The notes beneath the pieces are model-generated. The model did no database searches, was not told where the DNA came from, and worked only from the letters and a program-made list of their open reading frames with translations. The position numbers and the translations under genes are program-made. Shown here piece by piece: positions 50,803-62,328 of a stretch of 64,000 bases of DNA; the first letter of the stretch is position 1, and the number at the start of each line of letters is the position of its first letter. The stretch spans positions 1,550,001-1,614,000 of the forward strand of contig JAPYYK010000086.1 in assembly GCA_028534125.1 (NCBI GenBank), written 5' to 3'. The DNA is from Lama glama. Its lineage: Eukaryota.

Positions 50803-51067
50803 ATCAGTTCAACCTTTTGTTTGAGTTTATTTCAGAAGTGTATCTGCAAGTGATCCTTAATAGATAATATACATTAATGTATGTCAATTAAGCTGTGAGA
50901 TTTTTTTCCTCAATTATTATTTGACAAATATTTACCTGTGTGTGCATAGTCCCTGCTAGGTATTACAGGAAAGATTGAAAAATGTTATAAATAGCTCTTC
51001 TCTCTAGGAAGCAGTTCATTTGGTCTGGAGGTATAATCATAAAGGATATTTTTGTGAGCTGCTTTCC

Positions 51068-51202
51068 TTTTTTAAAAAAAAATTGGAGGAGGGTAATCAG
51101 GTTTTCTTTTTGTATTTATTTACTAATGGAGGGACTGGGAATTGAACGCAGGACCTCATGCATGCTGGGCATGTGCTCTACCACTGAGCTATATCCTCCC
51201 CC
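51068..51202 (-). mobile_element. Camelid tRNA-Ala-derived SINE (Vic-1-like)
   Basis: Reverse-complement head ...ctctaccactgagctatatcctcccc; approximate TSD tgagctg(a)ctttc. Confidence 0.9.
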
Positions 51203-51299
51203 ACAATGAGCTGACTTTCTTATTTGCATTGCTTCTTTACAGCAACTGTATGTGGACTCAGAGTTGTGTGAGTCGCCACTCCTCCTTTGCCCCCTAGGG

Positions 51300-51377
51300 G
51301 TTAGGATCTCGTTTCACTCACCTTTGTATTCCGAGCACATAGTAGGTACCTGATCAATGTTGGTTGAATCAACAAAT
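51300..51377 (+). mobile_element. L2 3' terminus
   Basis: cacctttgtattcc...gcacatagtaggtacctgatcaatgttggttgaat. Confidence 0.65.
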
Positions 51378-51549
51378 TGTTAATCTGAGAGCTGGAAGAT
51401 ATGAATAAACATTCTAACCCTTCCCTTATCCCAATGCTAGAGGATTTCATGCAACTTGCAAATGAACCCAAACCCGGAATAGAACATAGCTATTATTCAG
51501 CAAAAACAAAGTTTTCAAAATAATGAGTATGTTCCATATGCATCCATTC

Positions 51550-51800
51550 TGAGGTAGTTCTTAACCAACTCCCTTGAATGTCCCATGAGATGCTAATAAG
51601 TTTTTCTTAAAAAAGAAAAAATAATTCCATAGAATCAAATACATCTGGGAAATACAGAGCTAAATGGGACTACAAGATTTCTTTGCTACAGGAGTACTCA
51701 GAGCCCATAACAGACTACCATGTACTTGTATAAACCAAAAGGCGCAGATGGGGAACTGAAGAATATACCATCTATGGTAAACTATACTTTCCTAATTTCT
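51550..51800. mobile_element. MER103-like hAT-Charlie element
   Basis: caaatacatctgggaaatac...tttctttgctacaggagtactcagagccc. Confidence 0.5.
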
Positions 51801-52142
51801 TTGACAGTAGGTTCCTTGGGGGAAGGAGTGGAGGGAGTAAAAGGAAGAATTAAATGCAGGGCTGGAACTCAGGGGAGGCGATCTAAGTCACCTAAGGCAG
51901 AACATTCAAGAAAGAACCCCCCTCCCCTTGCACAAGAGCACTTGCACAGCCCAAAAGTGAGTGCCTCCTTCAATTTTACATCCTGAGCGCCTCACCCAGG
52001 CGGTGTTCTGAGCTGGTTCAGGGAAAGGAAGTCCACATGGAACTGGTCTGTTCCACACACCGGAAGTTTCTTTCTGTTTCTTTCATTCGTGAAAACAGCA
52101 GAGAGAAAGAGGAAATCAATAAAGGATTCCCTGATGGCCAGG

Positions 52143-52200
52143 ACAATACCTGGCACTCAGTAAATGGGATGAATGAATGAGTGAGTGAATGAATGAATAA
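52143..52200 (+). mobile_element. L2 tail with (GAAT)n
   Basis: cctggcactcagtaa...tgaatgaatgagtgagtgaatgaatgaa. Confidence 0.65.
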
Positions 52201-53558
52201 CAGACATGAATCAGACAGAGGCCTGTGACTTCTTGTTAGAGTCTCTCTTCTGAGCCGGATATTCTGCTTAGACCTTTGCTGTTTTCCATTGTGCAGTCTC
52301 CTCAATCAGGTCCCTCCCGATGTAAAGTCCTGTTTGATCTTAGGGCTAATGACTAAAGCTGGGTGGGGTGAAGAGCCTGAGAACAAACTGTTTGTTCAAG
52401 AAAGTGTGTACATTCTATAAACTCACTTTCTTTCTCTCTCCCATTTTCTTTCTTCCTCCCATTTTCTTTCTTCCTGCTTCTTTAAATCCATGAAAACAAC
52501 CATCTTGAAAGGTTCACAAGGACATACACTCAGATGCACTTAATATCTTTGAGCTCAATGTCACTTTAACTCTTACCCCTTTTTTCGGTTTGTTTTAAGT
52601 AAAAAAAAAAATTGGGGGGTAAACCCAATCGAGATGAATGTAGTAAAATACATGGTTTTGACACACCACATTGGCATGGTAAGCATGCCCATTCAGACAG
52701 CATGCTGAAATATTAGATAATAAACAAAGCTTTGTTTGGTAATTAATCTAATTAGACTCTAATACAAACACGTGATATTAAATAGTTCTACATTATACTC
52801 CAGTTCATGGAAGAATTAAAAAGCAGAAAGGGCCTGTTTGCAGAATTAAAATGGTTACTGTATTCACCAAATGTCTATATATCTCTCTGGCAAGAATTCG
52901 GGTTTCCCTAGACGGGGCATCAGGAAATGAACGAACCATTGTGTTTCTCAGGACCTGATCCAACTCTGGTGTCCATGGGGGCTACACCTGCCTTGCCGCG
53001 TGGAATGATGAATTTGTCTTGCCCCTCATAAATTTTTAAATATTCCTTCTCTTTTCAGTATTTGCACTTGATGAGATCACACACTTTGAAGTAACAATAT
53101 GCATTTTCCCTCGAAAACAAAGCAATTCAACTAGCACTTAAGATGACAATAACACACGCAATACTTTCTATGATCACGTGGTTGAATCTCTGAGGAAACA
53201 ATGCAGAGTATCCAGCCCTTAAAAGTCACTAACCTTACCCTCCAAACTGCAAACACTGGAGATCAAAGGTCGTCAATTTTATAAGCTGCTCTTGCATTTT
53301 ATCTTTATATATTTTTCAGGAACACTTTCACTACAACACACAGATGCAGAGAGAAAGGAAACACATTTCTGGGTGAGAAGAACTTTGGCTTCTACTCCTA
53401 AACAATGCATGATTTTAGGAGAAGGTATGAACTCACCAAAAGCCCCATGAAGTAAATATTTTCTACCTCTCAGGGATGTCACTGGCTGTGTACAAGGGCC
53501 TCCTTGAGCTTTTGCACCAGAACAAAAGATCTCTGGTGCTAAATAAGGAGGGAAATAT

Positions 53559-53672
53559 GCCCACTGGGTGTGAGTTGACTTGGTTATAGAAGGAGTCAAA
53601 CAGCATGGGTTTTAATCCCACGTGGGCTACTTTGCTGCCTCAGTTCTGGCGAATCAAACTGCACCTTAACTC
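53559..53672 (+). mobile_element. MamSINE1-like ancient tRNA SINE
   Basis: Degenerate tRNA head ending gggttttaatcccacgtgggc, then tttgct...gttct...aaactgcaccttaac. Confidence 0.45.
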
Positions 53673-54164
53673 ATAAGGGTTAGTTTCCTGTCCAAGAGGG
53701 TCAGTTTTTAATTGGTCACATCATTTTGCATGGCTGTTTATCCTTAGATGATTTCAGTGTGGTATCAGACATTCAAAGAACTTGGTTCTAAAGAATTAAT
53801 TCTTAGACGTTCTAAGAATAATACAATAACAAACACCTGCCTCAGGTCATTGACTTGGCTTAAATTATGCCATGCTGGTGACGGCACTGCACACCTTGAG
53901 CCTTCCTAAATTACCATAGGTGTTTTGTTGTCTTGGTTGCTAAGGGTATCCCTCTAGGCAGAGTGAATTAAGGAAGCTAAATTATCAACAAACTTTCTAT
54001 AGTATTGTAGATGATTGAGTTTTTAACTTATAACAAGTACCAAGGTACCCAAAACACCTAATTATTACTCTTAACTAAACTGCAGATAATCCAGCCCTTA
54101 ACTACCAGTTCAATCTCTTCTTGGGTCACTCACTCTTCAGTCATGACCCTCAAATCACAATGGT

Positions 54165-54495
54165 CTTGTAACTGGTTCTAGAACATGGCATGCCCCTTCC
54201 CATCTCACGGCCTCTGCCCTTGAGGTCCCTTCTGTTGAATGCCCTTCTCTGGCTAGTCCCTGATGCCTAGCACCCTCTCATTGCTTGGGTCTCTCCCTAA
54301 ACATTCCATCATCAGAAGGGCCAGTGGCCTCCTCATCTCTTGCCCCATTATTTCTCTAAGTACCTTATTTCCTTTGTGGCAATCATCATGTTCAAAAACT
54401 GATTGACTTTATTTGTTGACTCATTTATAGACTGTTTCCTCTTTCCAGGAGGATAGAGATCATACTTGTATTAACAGTACCAAATGCAGGAAAGC
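54165..54495 (+). mobile_element. L2 3' region
   Basis: ggcctctgcccttgaggtcccttctgttgaatgcccttc ... ttatttcctttgtggcaatcatca. Confidence 0.7.
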
Positions 54496-54498
54496 ACT

Positions 54499-54765
54499 TG
54501 CTATGGACTAAAATGTGGTCCCTCCCAAATTCATATGTTGCTGTTCTAACCCCCAATGCGATGGCATTTGGAGGTGAGACTTTGGAAGGTAATCAGTGTT
54601 AGATGAGGTCATGAGGGTGGGAACCTCATGATGGGATTAGTGCCCTTATAAAAAGAGACACCAGAGAGCTCTCTCTCTCTCTTTTTCTTCCTCTCTGCCA
54701 TGTAAAGACCCAGTGAGAAGGTACCTGTCTAAAAGCCAGGAAGAGAGCTCTTGCCAGGAAGCAAC
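54499..54765 (+). mobile_element. ERVL-MaLR LTR (MLT1A-like), running into the gap
   Basis: tgctatggactaaaatgt...ccaaattcatatgttg...ttagatgaggtcatgagggtggg...atgggattagtgcccttataaaaagagac. Confidence 0.9.
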
Positions 54766-54936
54766 NNNNNNNNNNNNNNNNNNNNNNNNNNNNNNNNNNN
54801 NNNNNNNNNNNNNNNNNNNNNNNNNNNNNNNNNNNNNNNNNNNNNNNNNNNNNNNNNNNNNNNNNNNNNNNNNNNNNNNNNNNNNNNNNNNNNNNNNNNN
54901 NNNNNNNNNNNNNNNNNNNNNNNNNNNNNNNNNNNN
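54766..54936. other. Assembly gap (171 N)
   Basis: N run. Confidence 1.
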
Positions 54937-55796
54937 CAAGAGTTAACTACATTATATAATGGCCCTGGGATTTTTTTCGAATCAATTGGCCAGGGTTTCA
55001 CACTCTCTTTCTTAGGCCTTTGTGATGTGAAGCTTTATCAAACACATTTGTCTACTTTTCTCTGCTACTCTTATCACAAATACCTATTATTGCTAAATGT
55101 TATTGAAAGATACATCCAGACAAAGTCCATATGCACAGCTGGCCGCCAGATCAGATATCTTAACTAACCAGGCTTATGTGTCAAACAACTTTTATTATAG
55201 ATTTTTTAAAAATACTGGACAACTGTTTGAATTGTTCAAAAGTTTCAGCACCATATAGACAAAAACCACAGAGCTCTGAACACCTCCATGGAACTGCATG
55301 ATCCCTTGTGGAATGAATTTATACAGGTTAATTCTAAAAATTTCCATGAGTTTTCTTAGATTCTAAGGAAAGATACTAATTCTTTTTTCTAGTTATCACA
55401 ATTCTTATAAACATTAATTTATATTCTTCAGAATCATCTATTTATCATTTTATATACTTTAAAAGCTAAAATGTAAGATTTTATCTATTAATTTTTTTTT
55501 AAGTCTATTGGGTTATTCTGGACAACATCACAATACTGGGTAAGGGTGACATACATCAATGTTACCTTTTTTCTGGGCAAAGAGCTCAGGACTCTGAAAT
55601 TGTTTCCATGCTTGCTGGTCTCAAAGAACTATGGACAGTTTGTATATAACACACATCCAGTCTTTGAAGCCAAGGTCACCTTCAGTACATTTTGCAGAGA
55701 AAATGATTGTACTATGAATGTCCAAATTACATCTATGTGACTAGGTGCTTAGACATGCCAAGCAATTACTGGCATTCTACTAATAAAAACACAACA

Positions 55797-55955
55797 CAGC
55801 AAATATTAATAGTCATTACTATGTGCCAGACAATGTCATCATATTTTAACCATGCTATCTGATTTGATCCTCACAAAGACCCCATGAGATAGCTACAATC
55901 ATTATCCCATTTTACAGATGAACAAACTGAGGCTTTAAGTAACTCATACAAGGCT
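55797..55955 (-). mobile_element. MIR SINE
   Basis: ttactatgtgccagac...atcctcacaaagaccccatgagatag...cccattttacagatgaacaaactgaggct. Confidence 0.88.
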
Positions 55956-56419
55956 CTCATCCATATCAGTCTTATTGCATGAACGCACTGGCTGTAACCT
56001 TTCACAATATAATCCAACTTTCTTGGACCTCAAAACCTCATTTATCAATTCCCACTGAATGAAAGCTTACTCTTTGGGAACACTGTAATAAGTAGGTACT
56101 GGTCAACCTCAAATTTGTCCTTGCCATGGGAGAAAAGAAACGGTGCTACTCAGGAAAACAAAGAAAGAGTGTGGGTGATGTCTGAAGAAACATGGTTTAA
56201 GTACTTAAGAAAAAAGTATGATAATTTTGAATAATTCTTGTCTACTCATTCAATAGTTGCCCAGGGAAATGCATGCAATATTCACTTAGCTTAGTTCAAG
56301 TTACTTATACGCTTCAAAGCAATGCAACTATCGTCCATGAAATTTGCAAGCTTCCTGAGAGTCCAGTCATGAAAATGTTCACATAGCACGTGTCCAGTAC
56401 ATAGAAAACTCTCAGGACG

Positions 56420-56729
56420 ATCCTCCTTCAGAATCTGCCAGGGATTGGTTCCAGGACACCCCCCACCCCACCCCTACAGATATCAAAATCCAAGGATGCT
56501 CAAGTCCCTTACATAAAATGCTGTCTTATTTGCATATAACCTATGCATACTTTCTTGTATGCTTTAGACCATCTCTAGATTACTTGTAACACCTAATATA
56601 ATGTAAATGCTATGTAAACAGTTGTCAGTGAGGGGCAAATTCAAGTTCTGCTTTTTGGAACTCACTGAAATTTTTGTTGTTGTTGTTGAATCTGCCAATG
56701 TGGAACCCACAGATATGGAGGGCTGACTG
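56420..56729. mobile_element. MER2/MER2B Tigger-type MITE
   Basis: gggattggttccaggac...caaaatccaaggatgctcaagtcccttacataaaat ... ggaacccacagatatggagggctgactg. Confidence 0.88.
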
Positions 56730-56841
56730 CAATATTTTTGATTAAATAAATACCACAGTCCCTTAAATTTAGAATACCTCCCTCTGTATGTCCGAGAAGT
56801 AAATCTCTATTAAATTGAATCTCTATCTTCTGCTTATAATT

Positions 56842-56920
56842 TTTTTAAACATTTCTTATTGAGTTACAGTCATTTTACAATGTTGTGTCAAATTCCAGTG
56901 CAGAGCACAATTTTTCAGTT
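56842..56920 (-). mobile_element. Young camelid-type L1 3' end
   Basis: Reverse complement of aactgaaaaattgtgctc...ctcaataagaaatgtttaaaa; TSD gcttataatt (56832-56841 and 56923-56932). Confidence 0.88.
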
Positions 56921-57609
56921 CAGCTTATAATTGTTTTCCAGATTTCTCCATGCTTTCTTCCTAACCAGGTGGTCTGGACCCGAATCATCTTTGTTTGGGA
57001 TTAGTGCTGCAGTGTTAAGCACAGAAAATGAGGGAAATTTTATTCTCTCTTCTCTTGGCGCATGAACTGTTTCTATATACAGTGTAGGACCAATAGCTAA
57101 TCTCAGAGCTATACAGTTCCAACTGGTAAGTGTCTTCTGGTGAGAGCAACCAAACCTGGTCATTGGAAGGGGTGGAGGGACTCAGGTGCTAATTTATAAA
57201 CCATGCAATGAATATTCTCTGCAGTTGTCAGCGCTGCCACCACTCTGATAGCGAAACTCTTGGCTGGGCTCCCTAAGGCCATCCAAACTCTCTCCCCACA
57301 TCCTTTCCCCATCCTCCCTTCCCCATGGAGCGGGGGCACCATGGCCTCAGGCAGGTTTGAGAGCTGAGCTATAAGAAGCCTGATTCTTTATGCCAATGAA
57401 CGGCCTCTGACCTCAGCTCCCAGAATGGCAGCTGCCCACTTCAAGAAAAACTTAAACCCTGACCAAAGAAGCCACTTTGATGAAGTACAGGCCTGCCTCT
57501 CATGAGACGTCCTCAATACTGAAGCATCACTTTTCTCTACACCTTGCTATGACTGTAAGTTCCATTTTCAATACCACCCAAAAAATAAAAGTATACATTC
57601 TCTAGGACC

Positions 57610-57750
57610 TTGCCATGCATATACCATCAGCATGATCTCGAAGCTTTGTTAGGAATGCAAAATCTCAAGCTCAACCCCAGACCTAGTAAGAGAGAATTTG
57701 AATTTTAACAAGATGCCCTGCAGGTTTACATGCAGAGTAAAATGTACGAA
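57610..57750. mobile_element. MER5B-like hAT MITE
   Basis: ttgttaggaatgcaaaatctcaagctcaaccccagacct...ttttaacaagat. Confidence 0.7.
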
Positions 57751-60204
57751 TCATTGGGGGACGTCATCCAAAGAAGAAAACAACACACTTTGGGGCATGT
57801 CCTTTCTCTGAAATAAATGTCACTTTTGGGTGCCCAAAGCATCCCTTCTTTTCCTCTCTCTCTCTTACTCTGTCTCTGTATCTGTGTCTGTGTCTGTGAT
57901 GAGTACAGGAGCACCTGTTTAACAGACTAGGGTACAAACTTTTACTATCCTCTATTTTGTCAGCTCCCTGCACTGGCTTCACCTTTCAAATGTTCCACTA
58001 CTACCAACTGGTTTCTTCCTTCTGATCCCAACACAACTTCTCCTCTCTAGTAAGAGGCAGTTATCTGGGGGATTTCTGCTTCCAGGTCAGATGTATAGGG
58101 TTACAAGAGACTGTCCTTCTCACCCTAACAACCCAAACTAGCCAGGTAAGCCCAAAAGAATCATCGATTTTTTAAAATCCACCAGAGAACTGAGATCGCC
58201 AAGAAACCTAAATGGACTAAACTCAAAGTGACAAGCTCTACAGACGAGAGGAAAAAAACCCAGAGCCATGTTCACCTCTGCTGGAATGGCAGAAGGAGGA
58301 AGAGGGTGTGATGGGTGGGGACAAGGAGAACTCAGCTGAAGTTTTAGCAAACTTGCAGTGGCTGCCTGTGGGCTGAGTCGCCGCAGCCACAAAGCAAGTC
58401 TACACCCACCTACCTAACCTTCCCCAGGAGCCCTCACGCAGGGCTGGCCGTAGTTCACCAAAGTTGGAGGCAGGGGAGAAAGGCTGAGGAGAACTCGTTG
58501 AAGCATTTTGGGCTTTCACAGAGTCTAGGGAGCAGATAAGGCCTCCCAGGACCAAAAGTTCTAGAAGAGATCTCCAGGGGTACAGAAAGCAGGGGGCAAA
58601 GGTCAAAGAGAAGTCAAAAAGCCATTAGCTGGGCAGTAAGGCAGGGAGAGACCTCCCACAGGTCTGAAACCCGTTAGCTTGGTTTTGAAGAACAGGCAGA
58701 TCTCAAGAATCTCACAAGCACTGTGATCTCAGACCCTGCTGAAGGAAAAGTCCTAACCTTACCATCAAAACATTTGAAAGCAGTAGTGAGCTGAATCACA
58801 TTAAAGCTACAATGAAGCCCAGATCTAGAACGTCTATAGGGCAGATGGACTCAGCCTCCTATGGAAGAAGAGGCTTGCTCTTTTGGGAGGTAAATCTCAT
58901 CTACCTTGTCTGCTTCTTCTCGTGCCTACAAAATACCCAGCATGCAATTAAAAAAAAAAAAAGTTCAAGACTCATGGAAAAGGAAGAAAATCTGACTCAT
59001 GGTTAACACAGAAAAGAAACAAGAGAACCAGATCCAGAGATAGCTCGGAAATTGAAATTATTAAACTGGGGTATTAAAACACAAAACTCCTGTGACATAA
59101 AACAGTTAAAAATCTCATGGAAAGGAAGGCAATATACATGAAGAGATGGGGAGTTCCAGCAAAGTAGTGGAAACTAGAAAAAAGAACCACATGGAACTGC
59201 TAGAAATGAAAAGCACAGTATCACAAATAAATTCATTTTATGAGCTTAATAGCTGACTCAACGGCAGAGGAAACTGAGCATCTGACAATGTTTGAGCTAA
59301 TTTCAAACAACCCAACACATATGTAAATGGTGTCCCAGAAAAAAGGAGAAAAGTGACAACCTGGCAGAAGAAACTGTTGAAGTTTTACTGGCTACGATTT
59401 ACCCAAACTGATGAAAAACATCAACTCACAAAACCAAGAAGCTCAGCACACCCCAAGTAGAATAAACACAGAGAAAACCACACCTAAACAAATCTAGCCA
59501 GACTGCTGAAAAGCAACAGTAAGAGGTAAATCTGAAAAGCAGCCAGAAGGGGAAAGAACACATAACTGTAAGACTAACATTAAAAAAAAAAAAAAAGAAA
59601 GATGACTTTTCAACTTTTCAGGAGAATCAATGGAGGCCAAAAGAAAATAGAACATCTTTAAAATGCTAAAAGAAAAACACTGTCAAATTCTATACCCAAT
59701 GAAAATATACTTCAAATATACTTCAAAAATGAAGATAGAATAAAGTCAGTTTCACCCAGAAAATTCAGGAGAATTCATCTCCAGCCGACCAACACTACAA
59801 GAAAAGCTAACAGAGGCTTTTCAGAATGAACAGAAAGGAAGCCAGAAGGAAACTCAAGAGCTGCAGGAAGAAGTGAAGAGCCTAAGAAAGGATAAATATA
59901 TGGGTAAATGTTAGAGGCCTTTTCAAAGTAGTATGCATGCTATTTTAAAAGGCTATTGACTGTTTAAATCAGACAACAAGAACAAAATAAACCCCAAATA
60001 CTGTGAGGTTTGTAGCATAGGTAGAGGTAAAATGAAAGATAACACGAGCACAAAGGTTGAGAGGAGGAATAAATAGAATTATATCGTTGTAAGGTTTTTA
60101 TACATCTATGAAGTTGTATAGTGGTTGTATAGAAGTGAATATAGTAGCATATTATTTGAGGATAAATTGTGATAACTTAAATATGCAGAGCACAATCTCT
60201 AGAG

Positions 60205-60389
60205 CAGAGGTCTCCAGAGTACAGTTTCCAGACATACATCACCAGCACATGAGAATTTACCAGCCATGAAAGTTTTTGAGCTCTATCACAGACCTACAGA
60301 ATCAGAAACTCTGGGAGTAGGGCTTGGAAATCTGTGTTTTAAGAAGACCTCCAGCTGTTTCTAATGCATGTAAAGTTTCAGAACCACTG
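60205..60389. mobile_element. MER5A hAT MITE nested in the L1
   Basis: cagaggtctcca...cagacctacagaatcagaaactctggg...agaaccactg; 8-bp TSD ctctagag / ctctacaa. Confidence 0.85.
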
Positions 60390-61199
60390 CTCTACAACAG
60401 TCAGTAGAATATACAATAAAGAAGTAAATTTTAACACAGGAGATAAAATGGAAGGATTAAAAAAATCCAATACACTCAAAAGGAGGTAGGAATGTAGGAG
60501 CAAAAATAAAGAATAAATGGGCTAAGCAGAAAATAAATACCAAGACGGGGGACTTAAATCCAACCATATTAATAATGATCTGAAATACAAATATATTAAA
60601 CACTCCAATAAGATCTACCAATATGCTGTCTACAAATAATTCAATTATAAAGACACAGGTTGAAAGCATAAGGGTAGAAAAAATATATGTCATGCCAACA
60701 CTAAGTATAAAAAAGCGAATGTAGTTAAATTAACATTAGACAAAGTAGACTTCTGAACAAGAATATTATTAAGGAGAAAGAGGAAAAACTTTAATGATAA
60801 GAGAATAAAATCACCAAGAAGACTTACCAATCCTAAACGTGTATGCAACTAAGAATACAGTTCCAAAATGTATAAAGCAGAAGTCGACAGAAATGGACAA
60901 ATCTACAATCGTAGTTGGAGAGATTTTAACTCTCCTATCTCAGTTATTATAGGACAATGGACAAGAAAATCAGTAGGGAGATATCTGAACAGCATTGTCA
61001 ACCAACTTGACTCAGCTGATTTGATAAAATATTGCACCCAACAATGAAAGAATACATATTCTTTTTAAATCCACAGAGAACAGTCCTTAAGATAGACTAC
61101 ATACTGGGCAATGAAAGATATCTTGATAAATGTCAAAGAATTAAAATAGAACCGAGTATATCTTTTGACTGAATACTAATAAATTAGAAACCAATATAT

Positions 61200-61428
61200 G
61201 GCAGTTTGGGATTAATAGATACACATTACTCTATATGAAGTAGATAAACAACAGGGACCTATTGTATAGCACAGGGAACTATACATGGGCTCAAATAGAA
61301 AAGAACTGAAAAATATACATATGTATGTATATGTATAACCAAATCACTTTTCTATACACTTGAAGCTAACACTGTAAATCGACAACACTTCAATAAAAAA
61401 TAAGAATTATAAAAAAAAATTTTAAAAA
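61200..61428 (+). mobile_element. Cetartiodactyl L1 3' end nested in the older L1
   Basis: Same family as 32940-33180 (tagataaacaacagggacctattgtatagcacagggaac...cttcaataaaaa). Confidence 0.85.
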
Positions 61429-61429
61429 G

Positions 61430-62328
61430 ATAACTGGCATTGAACACCTATTAGAATAAGCTAAAATTAAAAATTGTGACAATTTCAAATGCTGATAGGG
61501 ATACAGAAAAACTAGATCTCTCATACGTTGCAACTGGAACGTAAAATGGTACAGCTACTCTGGCAAATAGTTTGTCATTTTCTTAAAAAAACAAATGAAC
61601 ATTACTGCATGACCCAGGAATTATTCTCCTGGGCACTTATTCTAGAGAAGAAAGCTTATCTCTACACAAAAACATGTAGAAAAAATGTTCACAGTAGATT
61701 TATTTCTAGTAGCAAAAAAATTGGAACAACTCAAAGTCCTTCAACAGACAACTGGTTAAACAAATCATGGCACCTCTACGTCATAGAATACTACTCACCA
61801 GTAAAAAAGAAACTTACAGTTGATACATGTAACCACTTGGATGGATCTCAAGAGAATTACACTGAGTGGAAAAAAAAAATTCAACCTCAAAATGTTATAC
61901 ACTATAGGATTCCATTTATATAACATGCTTAACATGACAATATTATGGAGATGGATAACCTATTAGTGGTTGCTGGACATTAGGGATGGGAGAGAGGAAG
62001 GGAATGGTATGACAGTAAAGGAACAATAGGAGACTTTGTAGTGACAGGACAGTTTTGCATCTTGATTGAGGTAGTAGTTACGCTAATCTACATAGGATAA
62101 AATTGCACAGAATTCTAAACATACACACACACGTGGGTGCATGTAAAACTGGTGAAATCTGAAAGCTATCTGTAGATTGTGTCTATATTAATTTCCTTGA
62201 TTTAATATTACATTATAGTCATGTAAGATGTTACCATTGGGAGAAACTGGATGAAGGATACCTGAAACTTCTCTATTATTTTTGTAACTTCCCATGACTC
62301 TATAATTATTTTAAAAGGAAAAGGAAAA
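61430..62328 (+). mobile_element. L1MC/MD-type 3' end nested in the older L1 ORF2
   Basis: gtaaaatggtacagctactctgg ... gtaaaactggtgaaatctgaa ... gtaagatgttaccattgggagaaactggatgaagg; host ORF2 resumes at about 62330. Confidence 0.85.
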
